A stretch of DNA of 25,157 nt from Rotaria sordida (lineage: Eukaryota). Each line of letters opens with the position of its first letter. The stretch's first letter is position 1. The DNA is taken from assembly GCA_905252715.1 (NCBI GenBank), contig CAJNOU010000026.1, positions 64,594 to 89,750 on the forward strand. The letters are read 5' to 3'. The notes below the pieces were generated by a model. The model was not told the DNA's origin. It saw only the letters and a program-made list of their open reading frames with translations, and ran no database searches. Below are positions 12,141 to 25,157 of the stretch, piece by piece. Both the position numbers and the translations under genes were made by a program.

Positions 12141-12445
12141 AGTATTTAATCATAATAATTGTGTTATATTTTATACATAAATTCGTATTTATATTTCAAA
12201 TGTGATCTCAAACGCAAACAAAATTATATACAATTCCAAAAGAGAATCTATATCTCATAGTCAACAAAAAAAAACACAAAAAAAAAGTTTAAAATTGTTT
12301 TATCTTATTAATCAAAAATTAATTGTACAAGCATTTCTTTTTTATTATTTTCTTTTAATTTAAAATTTTTCAAATTCTCTTAAGAAAAAAATTTTTTTTT
12401 TTTCTAGATGATATAAAATAATCTGATAAAAATCAAATCAGTATA

Positions 12446-15400
12446 ATGGCTCAAGCAGCAGCATCTAATTTACGACGACGTATTCTTGGTTCGAGACAAG
12501 ATTCTCCATCAACAGTAGCAATTCAATCATCAACAACTGATATTCCATCAACACTTAATATATCAATTAATCCAATATTATCAAATTTTCAACATCGTAC
12601 TATAAATCGTATTGATCGACGTTCTATTGAAAAAGTTTGGAAACAAATGGATCGTATTGTTAAATATTGTCAAATGCCAAAAATGAATTTAAAAAATTCT
12701 CCACCTTATATGCTTGATATTTTACCTGATTTATATCAAACATTACGTGAAATAATTAATAATTATGATGATCGTTTACATATATTAAATGATATTGAAT
12801 ATTTTCGTATATTTATTGATAATCTTATTGAACAATGTACAAAAACAATTGATTGTTTTAAACGTGCTGGTCATCATATGTATGATGAACAATCAACATA
12901 TAGAAAATATTTAATAAAACTTTCATTATATTTTTCACATAATTTAGCTGAATTAAAATCTTTATTTAATAGAGGAATATATGAAGGTGAAAAATTTCGT
13001 TTAACTAAACAAGAAGCAAATGATTTTTGGAAATCTAATTTTAATGAACGGTAAGATAATAAAACAAAAACAAAAAAAAAACACCAATATTGGTTTTTTT
13101 TTCATTATTTATTTTAGTACAATTGTACCTTGGGAAGAATTTAAAGAAAAATTAAATTATATTCATCCAATTCAAACTATTAATGAAGCAACAGCATTAC
13201 AAAATACAATTGATTTAACAAATAATAATCATGTATCGATATTTGAATTTGATGTTTTTACAAGGTAAATACTTTCTTACATAAGACATTAAAGAAAATT
13301 TATTTTATTGAATAAGAAATTAATTGAATTAAGAACTACTTATTCTTATGAGATAGTATGCTTTTATTCTAATTGATTTATACATAAATTATTAAATAGA
13401 AACGATGATGTAATAGAAATTGAACAGATCTAGTTTGTAGATTAAAAAAAAAAGTAACCAGACAAACATGAATAGAAATAATTGATTAAATGTTATTTTA
13501 TATATTCGATGGTGAAATTTGATGTTATGTAGAGAATCACCAGCGATAATTTAATCAAGAGTTTTATCTATGAATTCTTTTCGTTGTGAGTGAAATTCGA
13601 CTTCTCACATATGTGTAATATATCGTGTAGTTATTTTTTATGCATGTATAAATTATCTGTATTCTAATGTTTTGTTCACTGATTTCGTTCTCATTCCTAT
13701 TCTTTCCCACTACACCTTGCTTTTTTACTTATTTATACCATTATATACTCTTCTGTATGATATTTGAAACCTTAACTATGAAAAAAAAACATGAAAAATA
13801 AATAATAATAACAGTAGAGTACTGTGCAATAGATGGGTTTGATCACGAGCACGAACAAAAGAGAGTTCTCAATCATGATCAAGGATTTTCTTTTTCAATT
13901 ACTATCACGATTACACAGCACACTAATATTTAGTTAATATTATTGAAAGTGAAGATAATAAAAAAATTTATTTGATTATATGATTTTCTCAATTTTGTTT
14001 TTATATAATAGTATTTAATCAGATTATGTATTTTATTAAAAGTAGCATATGAAGTGTCAGATTTTGTTTTTTTGAATTTAAATGAGAACATTAAATTTAC
14101 GGATAAATATTTGAAACTTTGAATGTATATATTACAATCGTGATCACGAAAAAACTTCTAATCATGTAGTATAATAGATAACCGTGAAGAAAATTTCCTA
14201 CTAAGAGTTATTGATTGTTTTTAATCTTTATTAAAAGTCATTAATGAAATAATGCTGAATCTCAATTTCTTATATTCATTTCATAGAAAATTTCATTATG
14301 ATTGTTTATATCGAGGAAGAAGGAACGAAGACTTCAGGCTTGAAGTTTGCTGTTTCTTTTTCGACTTCTATATTTTATTTAAATTTAAAATAAAAAGTCA
14401 AATAAAACTTTCAATCGTTCACTAAATAAATTGCATTGATATTTTGACAAAAAAAAAAGAACACTATATAATATTTTACTAAGTCTTAATATGTTTGTAT
14501 AGTTTAATTAAATCTTATAATTCTTTTATAAAATAGATTATTTCATCCATGGTCTTCTCTATTAACAAATTGGAAATTATTAGCTGTTACACATCCAGGT
14601 TTTATGGCATTTATGACCTATGATGAAGTGAAAGCAATTCTAACAAATTATATTGATAAACCAGGTAGTTATGTTTTTCGATTAAGTTGTACACGTCTTG
14701 GTCAATGGGCTATTGGATATGTAACAACTCAAAATACTATACTTCAAACTATACCACAAACAAAACCATTAATACAATCATTAATTGATGGTGAACGAGA
14801 AGGATAGTAAGTTGATATTATAAATATTTTTTTTTATTCAATTTAAAATTAAAAAAAACAAATTCATCTAGTTATAAATATCCTAATGGAAAAAATATTC
14901 ATATTGATCTTTCATCAGCATTACGACCAACAGAATCTGATCGTATATATATATCTGAAGAACAATATGCTATATATTGTGATATGGGTACTTGTTTTGA
15001 ATTATGTAAAATATGTTCAGTTAATAATAAAGATTGTAAAATTCAACCATGTGGACATTTACTTTGTCAAAGTTGTTTAATCGCTTGGCAGGTTAAGTGT
15101 TTTAAAAACAAAGTTTTTTGTTTTTTAAGTTATTTTTATTCTTTTTTTTTTTGTTGTTGTTTAGAATCAAAATAGTGCTAAACCACCACCATTATGTCCA
15201 TTTTGTCGTGGTGAAATTAAAGGTTTTGAATCAGTTGTTATAAGTCCATTTGATAGTGCCTTAGTAATAAATAGAAAAGAATCAAGTCCAAGTGGATCGA
15301 ATGAATTTGATGATGTAAAAAAAAAAGTTTTATATTAATTTAATCAATAATTATATATATATATTTTTTTTTATTTTAGCAAACATTAGATGCTAATCCA

Positions 15401-17386
15401 AATGTTCAAAATTTACAATCACTTGCTATCGCTCGTCCATTAAATAATGAAAATTCTCATCAAGTACAATTTGTTTTTGTTTTTTTTCTTTGAAATTATT
15501 CATATTTTGTTTTTTTTTTAATTTTAATAGAATAATAATGCTAATAATTCTTCTGATATTATGTCTTCCGCACCTCCACCTATTCCACCTCGACCTGTAA
15601 CTATTAAAATGAATGGAAATCGTGCATCGACTGATACAATATCGAGAAATAATTTTCAACAATTTATTCATCAAACTATACCTCCTCCATTACCACCTCC
15701 TTTACATAATAATGATGTTTTATTAGTACCTCAAAGAGTTCCTACAAAAAATCAACAACCACTTTCATCAGCATCATCAAGCGAAAGTCTTAATGATTCA
15801 CTTGGTAGAATTTATAATAGAAATGTTTTTTTTTGTATAGTTTTATTTTAATAATATTTCATAGCTCTACGTCCAACTGCATCAATAGATTTAACACCAA
15901 CACGTCCTGTCATGTCATATAATAGTATTAATAATCAAACAAGATCATTAAATCAAATAGCTAGGTAAATAAGTCGGTAGATACATTATCTCAAAATTAA
16001 ATAAGCATATTTAATCCTTTGGCGACAGGAAACTTATATATACATTTTAAGCTTTTGTGCACATCCTAACTTGTACAATCATCTGTCTTCACTAGGCTAT
16101 AATAGTATTGTCTTCTCCTTGCTTATAGTCACTTTCACACAGCATCATCTTGTAGTACCATTATACATTTATACAAAGGAAAAACAAGCGAATTTTCGAA
16201 TCCGAAAATACTCAAGAATCTATGGAATCTCTACACTGAAAAATCGTTTAGAATAGTATGAAGTTAAACAGAATCCTCTAAAATCATAGAGCTATTATTT
16301 TTGATGGTGTTGCGGATTTTACTGAAGCTTTAGTGTTGCAGATCATCAGATATTAGATTTTCTATATTACGATATGTGTTCTTCATGGAACTAACCGCAA
16401 GATTTCGTAAAATTCAGTGTCATTCTACTTGATTGTACAATCCAAGAATCTTATGAAGTTTGATGATTCTTCACGAAATTCTCAGTCTTCCTTGGTGCAT
16501 ATACGCCTCGTTTCAAGTTTTTAAAAACAACCCGTCGCCAAAAGGTTAATAACAATCATTAATAGATAAATTAATTTTACAATTCTATTGTTTTTTATCC
16601 TGATGAAGACTATGGCAGTTAAAATTCATGAATAGTTTAAAAAAATTCATGTCTAGTTGTAAGTTTCATTTAAAAGTGCTGCTTATTAACTGCAAAATTT
16701 ATAATGCTTCAGTCTACAACGATAAATAAACTCGATATCCGTTGTTTTGAAATTTTGTTTTTTTTTTCAGAGAAAAAACAAGAAGTATTTTTAAAATTTA
16801 TATTTTAAAAGAAATAGATTAGTAAGAAAATATGAATCGAAAGTTTTTATTTTGTATGACATTTGAAATTGATATTTAAAAATTGTTATATAATCTGTTT
16901 TTTTGCTTATTATCATAATTTATATTAAGGACAATCGAGATACAAAAATAGTTCTATTGACTTTTCTTCAATTTTAACTTTGAATATATATTTGAAAAGA
17001 TTCAAATTTAAAAAGAAAAGGAAGTAATAAAAAGTTATTTATTATTTCTGTCATGAATTGTTGACTCATCAAAGAATAAATAAACTACTGAAATTAATTC
17101 TTAAAAAAAAAATTCTGTTTTTTTTTCTAGTCCTGTTTTGGATTTGATAACAAATAATACTGATCAATTTCGTACAATTGATGATATTCGTTTACGTTTA
17201 ATTGATGAACATCATATTGAACAAACACGTATTGAAGCAGCTTTAACATTAACACAAGGTTTATCTTTAATAAAGCAATATGAATTAGCAAAATCATTTC
17301 TTAATCAAATTCAACAAGAGCAAGCATTGAATTATAATAATAATAATACATTTATTAATGGATCATTTATAAACGAACTTGAATAG
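12446..17386 (+). CDS. CBL: CBL-family RING E3 ubiquitin ligase (TKB domain, RING, proline-rich tail)
   Basis: Four-helix bundle [46 protein letters not shown]; EF-hand [47 protein letters not shown]; SH2 [62 protein letters not shown]; linker [14 protein letters not shown]; [34 protein letters not shown]...[11 protein letters not shown]; PPPIPPRP. Stop TAG at 17384-17386. Confidence 0.93.
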
Positions 17387-17638
17387 AATCTTTTCTTTAT
17401 ATTTTATTTATCTTTATCAACAGTGAATTAAAAAAAAAACGAATAATTATTAGGAAATAATTCTGTAGAAAATTCGATACGTTGACATGCCAAAATGGAT
17501 ATTTTTTTTTTGTGTGTCTTGGCAATAATATTTCTCTTTCATATATATATATAAATCATCAATTGTCTTTTCTTTTGACAAACGAATATGTATTTAATGT
17601 TTTTTTTTTGTATTATGTTGGAAAAAAATACTTTGAAT

Positions 17639-17644
17639 AATAAA
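17639..17644 (+). terminator. Candidate polyadenylation signal AATAAA for the CBL gene
   Basis: AATAAA about 250 bp after the CBL stop and just before the eIF3m start. Confidence 0.35.
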
Positions 17645-17756
17645 CATATGTGTGTTCTAGATATAAAATATAAAAAATGAAAGATATTCCAAGTGAGTTA
17701 TTATTATTATTATTTTTTTTTTTTCGTTGATTTATTTGTAAAGAAATTCTATTCTG

Positions 17757-20742
17757 ATGTTTCTAGCGACATGTGTTGCTGCTGTTTATTCAGAAATAGA
17801 ACCTAAGCCACAAGTAAGATTGATATTGATTGTATGTTTGATTTATTGACTTGTCTTTCTTTTTTTTTGTTTCTAGTTAAAAGATATTGAAAAATTTATG
17901 CGTGATCATGGTGCTGAACCAGTGTTAGATTTTAGTTCGGAAGATCTTGAAAGCAAAGTTGAATCGATTATACGTGAATTAAGAAATGTTCTTAAAGATT
18001 CTTTACTTGAAAGCGGTAAAGAATATTTTTTATTTTATTTTTCATAAGAAAATCTATTTAATTATTTAGATATGGAAATGTTTCTTAATTCTGTAATGAG
18101 TTTAATATTGGTTGTACCTGAAGATAAAATAAATCGACCAATTTTAAATTTTTCGGAAGCTATTGTAAATGCAAATCTACCAGAAAAATATGGACCAATA
18201 AAAATTCGAGTGTGAGTTAAGATTGTTTTTTTGTATTTTGAATTGAAAATAAATATTTTAATGGTTTGTTTTTCAGATTAACGAATTTAATTTATGTAAT
18301 ACCGGAACATGCTAATACAGATAAATATCGTATTTTGATGGATTTAATTAAATGTGCTCGAAATCATCGATGTATCAATGCTGTATCAGTTGGAATAAGT
18401 CAAGTACATTTCTTTGTTTTTTTTTTTAAACTAAGAAGGAAAATTTCGAAAATTATCCAATCCTAAGGATTAACAAAAGAACTTTTTATTACTTTAGAAA
18501 ATAATGTGTGGATTAGATATGAGTCTTCTATAACTTTGAGAAAACATTTTTTTTTTCATAAAACGATAAACGATTGTCTGAAAACACAAGTTGCACAATT
18601 TAAAATATGTAGAACAAACCTTGATAAATTGTCTTACATCGAAAGCAAAATACGTTAAAAACTCGCTGATGATTCCTGTTTGTTTTTTGAATTTTAGGCT
18701 ATGATATAACTGTTCTTTTTCTTCTAAGGCTTTGAATGTTTTATAAAAAACTGAGAGATAAACATGCTTCATATAAGTATCATGTTAGATTGTTTGATCG
18801 ATTTACAGGCGATGAATGAATTCAAATAATATATGACAATAACTGATCGGAATAGGATTCTTTCGATTGAAATGTCTACTATTCAGATAAAGAAAATAGT
18901 TTTCGACTTCTAAAATAAAATCTTATATAAGCGATGGTTATACATTAGTATAATTATAGTCTAAACGGTGTTTTTTTTTCTATGATATAACTAATCATTC
19001 GTAGTGTTTACAAGAGATTACAAAGAAATTAGAGTAAAATACAAATTTGGACTTCAGAGACTATTTTGACTGATAACACGAGAAAGTATAATTTCCAAGC
19101 ATTTGAGCAAATCCATCTACACTCACACCCGTTTTTTTCCATCATTCAATTTCCTTTATACTCGAAGAAGCCATTCGTGTTAATACACCGATTTAGACAT
19201 GCACCGAACTTGAGCTCGAGGTTTTGGACAAACAGCTCACATTTATGTTTGTAAACTATCCAACCAGTTCAGACAGTGTCAGATACTTGGGTAATTATCC
19301 AAGCATTTGATAAGGTATATGAACAATCATGGAAGCATTCTAGGGTTCAGTTAAGTTCAAGTTTGAGTTTTTCTGAACATTGTTGGCTTCTGTAGGATGC
19401 TTACAGACCTTTGTTTTTTGGATCATTTATTCTATTATGTGTAGATCTATCATAGCTAAGCCTAAAATCTTTTCTTTTCACTTAGTTCTACTTGCTTTTG
19501 TTCACTAACTGAAAATGATTGCAGTCAAGACCGAAACTCGAACTTTTGGGTTCGATGCATGCCTATATCGGCCATCATTGTGAGTTCTTCATGTACTCAC
19601 TGACTTCACTGTTAGTCTTATTGTTAAAGTTCGAGTTAGATCATGTCTAAAAATACTTCTATATTATTTCTGAACAATTTTACTCACAAAGAAATCATTC
19701 TGTCTTCTTAAATATTTAATTTATCTTTTGTATAACGTAGGTAAAAATTTGGGTTAAAGAATGGAAAGTTTCAAATGAACAAGTTCAAGAACTCTATCGA
19801 AATATGCATGAAGCATATGCAGCAATTGGTGATTCGTATGTGATTTTTTTTTAAACATAACAATCCATTCTTATCTAATTAATATTGATACAGAACAAAT
19901 GCATTACAACTTTTACTTGAATTACTTGGTACATATACAAAAGAAACAGCATCAAAAGCTCGTACAGATGCATTCAAGTAGGATTATTTACAAACAAAAT
20001 TTCTTCTCTATAAATAATCTTTTGTTTTTAAATTTATATTATAGATGTATTATCAATAGTATAAATGATCCAAATGTATTCATAATGGATCATCTTCTTT
20101 TACTTGAACCTATAAAAGTTCTCGAAGGAGAAAATATTCATAAAGTAAAATTTCTATAAAAATTTTCATTTATTTATTTATTTAAACTTTATTTTTTTTT
20201 TTTAGTTATTAAATATTTTTGTTCTTGGTCGTTTACAAGATTATCTTGAATTTTATTCAAAACAAAAATCATTTATTGAATCATCAGGTATGAATAAATT
20301 TTCTTTATTTTATTTTACTTTATTTTAGAATATTTTATTTAGGTATTAAACATGAAAGAAATTTAACAAAAATGCGTTTATTAACATTTCTTCAAACAGC
20401 TGAAAGTCAAAAAGAATTAACATTTGATGCAATTGAAAAAGAAATGCAAATACCATCTGATGATATTGAATCATTTATAATTGAAGGTAAAAAAGTATTT
20501 TTTATTCTAAAAGATATTTAATTAATTCAAATAAATCTATTTTAGCTGTACGAACAAAAATGATACGTTGTAAAATTGACCATCTTGCACGAAAAGTTAT
20601 TATTGATAGTACAGCACAACGTTCATTTACAAAACAACATTGGATATCGTTAAAAGAAAAACTTGAATCATGGAAATCTAATTTAACTATGATTAATAAT
20701 AATCTTCATACATTATTAAATGCAAGAGCAGTACCAACATAG
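17757..20742 (+). CDS. EIF3M: Eukaryotic translation initiation factor 3 subunit M (PCI domain)
   Basis: Spliced fragments: MFLATCVAAVYSEIEPKPQ-LKDIEKFMRDHGAEPVLDFSSEDLESKVESIIRELRNVLKDSL; LTNLIYVIPEHANTDKYRILMDLIKCARNHRCINAVSVGISQ-VKIWVKEWKVSNEQVQELYRNMHEAYAAIGDS; LGTYTKETASKARTDAF; DPNVFIMDHLLLLEPIKVLEGENIHKLLNIFVLGRLQDYLEFY; MQIPSDDIESFIIEAVRTKMIRCKIDHLARKVIIDSTAQRSFTKQHWISLKEKLESWKSNL. Confidence 0.9.
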
Positions 20743-22205
20743 AATTTTCCTTTTCTTTTTCTTTTTCTAGGAGAATCTTTTTTTGTTTCGTGACAGTTTT
20801 TTTGTTGTTAACATCGTTCTCATAGATAATTTCGATTTGTCAAAAAAAAAAATATATATATAATATTGTTATTGTTCGTATTGTTACAAGAAAATATTTA
20901 ACAATGATTTTTCTTTATGAAGAAGAGTTTTCAAGTTTACAATGAAATCAACTTTTTTCAGCCGTGTATCTTCTATGATTCATTTACGGTTGATTCCAGT
21001 AACGTAGTTATATTTTGATACTTAAAAAAAAGAAAGTAAATATTGTTTTAATATCTGAATTTCATATTCATACATATACTCGAGAGACAAAAGATCAATA
21101 AACTGCGGAAATTAAAAACAAAACAAATTGTCATAGGGTATAAACATACTCTACAAAGATTGGTCATGGACAATACATCAAAAATTGATGTTTTTTTTTT
21201 CATCAGTGCATGAATAGAGTACTTCAAGTTGTGCATATAGTAGGGAAAGCTGCAGCTCTCTAGCATGTTTTATTCTCGAATGGTTGGAAAAATAATCACA
21301 GCTATTATATTCGTGGATAGACAGTAGATTATCATAAGATGTATCATATAAGATTTACTGTCATAGAAATACAGATTTAACTGTAAAAGTATTCATATGT
21401 AGAATGAATTAACTAAATTTCATAATGTAAATTTACAGATTTTTTTGTAATATATTTGTATTTATAAATTGAGATTTCTTGTATCAATAAACGCAATTTT
21501 CTATAAAAGTTTCAAACATCGCAAAATCGACTTCAATTACATTTATTGTTTAACATCTGATATACAAGCGTGGACGTTAAAAAAAAGTCAAAATTTGAAT
21601 GCTTCAATTGTGGTATTAATTTGTTTAGTACTCCAATGAACTGTAGACGATTCTTCATTGCATTAAATTTGTGTTGAAATTCTTAGACAGTCATCAGAAA
21701 TTCAGAATATATTTTCAGAAAAAAGAATAATTTTTGGTGCGAGAGATTTTTAATTAAAGCATATGTGAACTTAAAGATGATAACTGAATCATCAGCCGCA
21801 ATGAAGTCAACAGTTCTCCATATATCTCTTAAAGTAAAAAATTGACATTTTATCATATATATACAATTGTTTAGAAGAGTATGATTACAGCCAATAAACA
21901 TTCTCATTCAAATAGGATGATAAAAACTGTACTTTTCATCAATATATTCTTACATTCTTTATACAGAGCACAGCTATATATAATGTTAGTTTAACAGAAC
22001 CAAAACTCTCAATCATAATGAAAATTACTCTATCAGATATGTTGATCCTGTCATGACAAATTCATCTTTAAATTAAAATCTATTTTCTTTTCTTTCTTAG
22101 TTCCATGATTTATATAAGAGAAACAGACTAAAAAAAATAAAGTTACATAATAAAAATGAATGGTAAATTCACTACTCATTGATATCTTTGCTTGTTCTCC
22201 GCTAA

Positions 22206-22470
22206 AACGTTCGCTTTACCAGCATATTTTTTGCTTAGCGTTCGCTTTGCCAACATTGCAGATAAACCGAACGTTTGAGATACCCCATTTCATACCACTA
22301 ACTATTCAATTATTAGACGAGTTACAAATCTTTTTTTTTATATGAGTAGATGCAGAATTTAATTCTCTTTCCCGTAGTATAAAAAGGAAAATTTTAGCCC
22401 TTAGAATAATCAAGATATAAGTGATGGAACACAGGCACCCATAAAATGCGTTCGGTTTACCAACATTGAC
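22206..22470. repeat. Dispersed short motif (about 20 bp), three direct copies plus one partial inverted copy
   Basis: aacgttcgctttaccagcat (22206-22225), agcgttcgctttgccaacattgc (~22237-22259), tgcgttcggtttaccaacattgac (~22447-22470); inverted aaaccgaacgttt (22264-22276). Confidence 0.5.
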
Positions 22471-22654
22471 TCTACGATAAGATTTTGCAAATACAATGCA
22501 TTCATTTCATTCTCCACAAATAACGTGATCTCTACAATATGAATGTGGTTCAATTTTAGCATTATTCAAGCGTTTTCACAAAGGTTGACTAGAGAAAAAA
22601 ATTAAAGTCAAAATAGATAAAAAAGTTCATGTTCATAATCATTAGAAGAATTGT

Positions 22655-23732
<1,078 letters not shown>

Positions 23733-24617
23733 CTAAAAATAAAATCGAAAAATAAAAGTTTTTATAGATAATCAATTGTTTCGAATAGAGAGGATGTCTG
23801 AAAAGTTTCTTCCTTTTTCTATATCATTACTATTTTATTTAACTTTATCAAGAATTTTTTAAAAATGTTATGTGACTATAACGAGTTTTTATTTCAATGA
23901 ATAAACTTTGAAGGTATCTTTGAAAACTACGAAACTTTATAGAAAGAGAAATATTTCACTTGCAGAATAAAAAAACACGATGCAGCGTTTCTTCTTTATT
24001 TGTTGAATTATTTTTATCTTTAAATGATTGAGAATGTTTAATAGTCATTTGATAGATTGTTTCGATAAAAATAAACACAATGACGTTAATAATCTTCATC
24101 TATGACAGATTTCTCTTTTCCTATGAGAAGATATAGGTATTATAATAGAAAATAAATGAAAGGACGGGGGCGCATAAGAAGAGAAATCGGCCCATCGGAC
24201 TTTTCTTGCCCAATCCCATTGAATCATATATTAAATGAAAGAACGTGTTAAAATTAACATTTTAACACTATTTTCATAGACTTTCGATCGAATTTCTGAA
24301 GCAAAAAGTTATTAACAAAGTAGTTCATTTTTGGTCATTAGTCCAATAATCGACTCTATCATAGTCGACTCAATTTTCGAATAAATTGATTATAAAAGTT
24401 GGTTGTAAAATTAGTATCTGATAGCTTTTTTATCGGGCTTCAATCCTATATATGAATCAATAATTGGTAGTTTGATTTAGTGGCGAGGAGAACTGATATA
24501 CTGGCAGGCATTGTTAAAAAAAGCCCTCCATTTACCATCAACTTTTATCTTTCAACAAATATTCTGTCATAAAAATGGAAGGTACCAAAATTCTAGTATT
24601 GCTCATTGGATAGCTCT

Positions 24618-25157
24618 TTTCAAAAGCTACAAAACTATATATTTTCTAAAGTCTAAAAAGTTTGGCCCCTAGGAAAAATTCAGGTCACATTGTACTCGGG
24701 TATGGTTTTTTCCATGTTTTTGCCTATTTTTCACTAGTAATGAGCCGTTTTTATCAACAAAAGCTCTAGTTCAAGTCAAGACTAATATCAGATTTGAACT
24801 CAGCATCAAAAACTGAGTCGATTTATGCATATTCCAAATGTCTCTGAGAATTTTCATTTTTCTCGAAAAATTCACCCCTACTTCTCCTCAGGGTACTCTC
24901 AAAAAAGGTGAAGAAAAACCAAAGTTCTCGGGAGTACTTGAAATGTATATAAACCGACTCAGTTTTTGATGCTGAGTCCAAATCTGATATTAGTCTTGAC
25001 TTGAACTAGAGCTTTTGTTGATAAAAACGGCTCATTACTAGTGAAAAATAGGCAAAAACATGGAAAAAACCATACCCGAGTACAATGTGACCTGAATTTT
25101 TCCTAGGGGCCAAACTTTTTAGACTTTAGAAAATATATAGTTTTGTAGCTTTTGAAA
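24618..25157. mobile_element. Large near-perfect palindrome / foldback (MITE-like) element, ~203 nt arms around a ~134 nt centre; may continue past the window end
   Basis: Left arm 24618-24820 (tttcaaaagctacaaaactatatattttctaaagtc...ctgagtcg) is the reverse complement of 24955-25157 with about 1-2 mismatches by eye. The centre also shows weaker complementarity. Confidence 0.9.

Noticed and set aside
16071-16256. 61-aa plus ORF in the last long CBL intron
   Set aside because: Between a clean donor (15965) and acceptor (17130) of CBL, with no recognisable domain; treated as intronic.
11041-16360. Short shared phrase ttttgat(a/g)gtgttgcg(g/a) in the DHHC intron (~11041) and CBL intron (~16306)
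   Set aside because: Only about 18-20 bp of similarity, not extended on either side; insufficient to claim a shared element.
18841-19740. Possible hidden exons in the 1.3 kb eIF3m intron
   Set aside because: The eIF3m reading frame joins cleanly from GISQ (18403) to VKIWVKEWK (19741) without extra residues.
21048-21907. Two minus-strand ORFs (72 and 74 aa) in the eIF3m-GAPDH gap
   Set aside because: Low-complexity hydrophobic translations of AT-rich DNA, no family resemblance and no evident splice context.

Overview
This 25.2 kb window is AT-rich nuclear DNA from a metazoan. It is intron-rich and looks like a compact invertebrate genome; a rotifer-like organism is only a guess from gene style. 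Seven protein-coding genes can be read by splicing together ORF fragments by eye: a Rab30-like GTPase (-), WDR24 (-), an SLC25A15/ORNT-like mitochondrial carrier (-), a DHHC palmitoyltransferase (+), a CBL-family E3 ligase (+), eIF3m (+) and the 3' part of GAPDH (-, N-terminal exons off-window). Intergenic spacers are only about 0.2-0.4 kb, except for a 1.9 kb convergent gap between eIF3m and GAPDH and the first ~1.2 kb. Most introns are short (about 50-60 nt), but five genes also carry introns longer than 1.1 kb. Two of those hold clear inverted-repeat structures: a near-perfect palindrome with ~203 nt arms at the right edge, in the presumed GAPDH 5' intron, and an older ~80%-identity inverted repeat in WDR24. 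The DHHC gene encodes its cysteine-rich domain on a run of very small exons, with the catalytic DHHC motif on a 20-nt microexon. I found no CRISPR array, rRNA, convincing tRNA, or novel multi-gene defence-like system.
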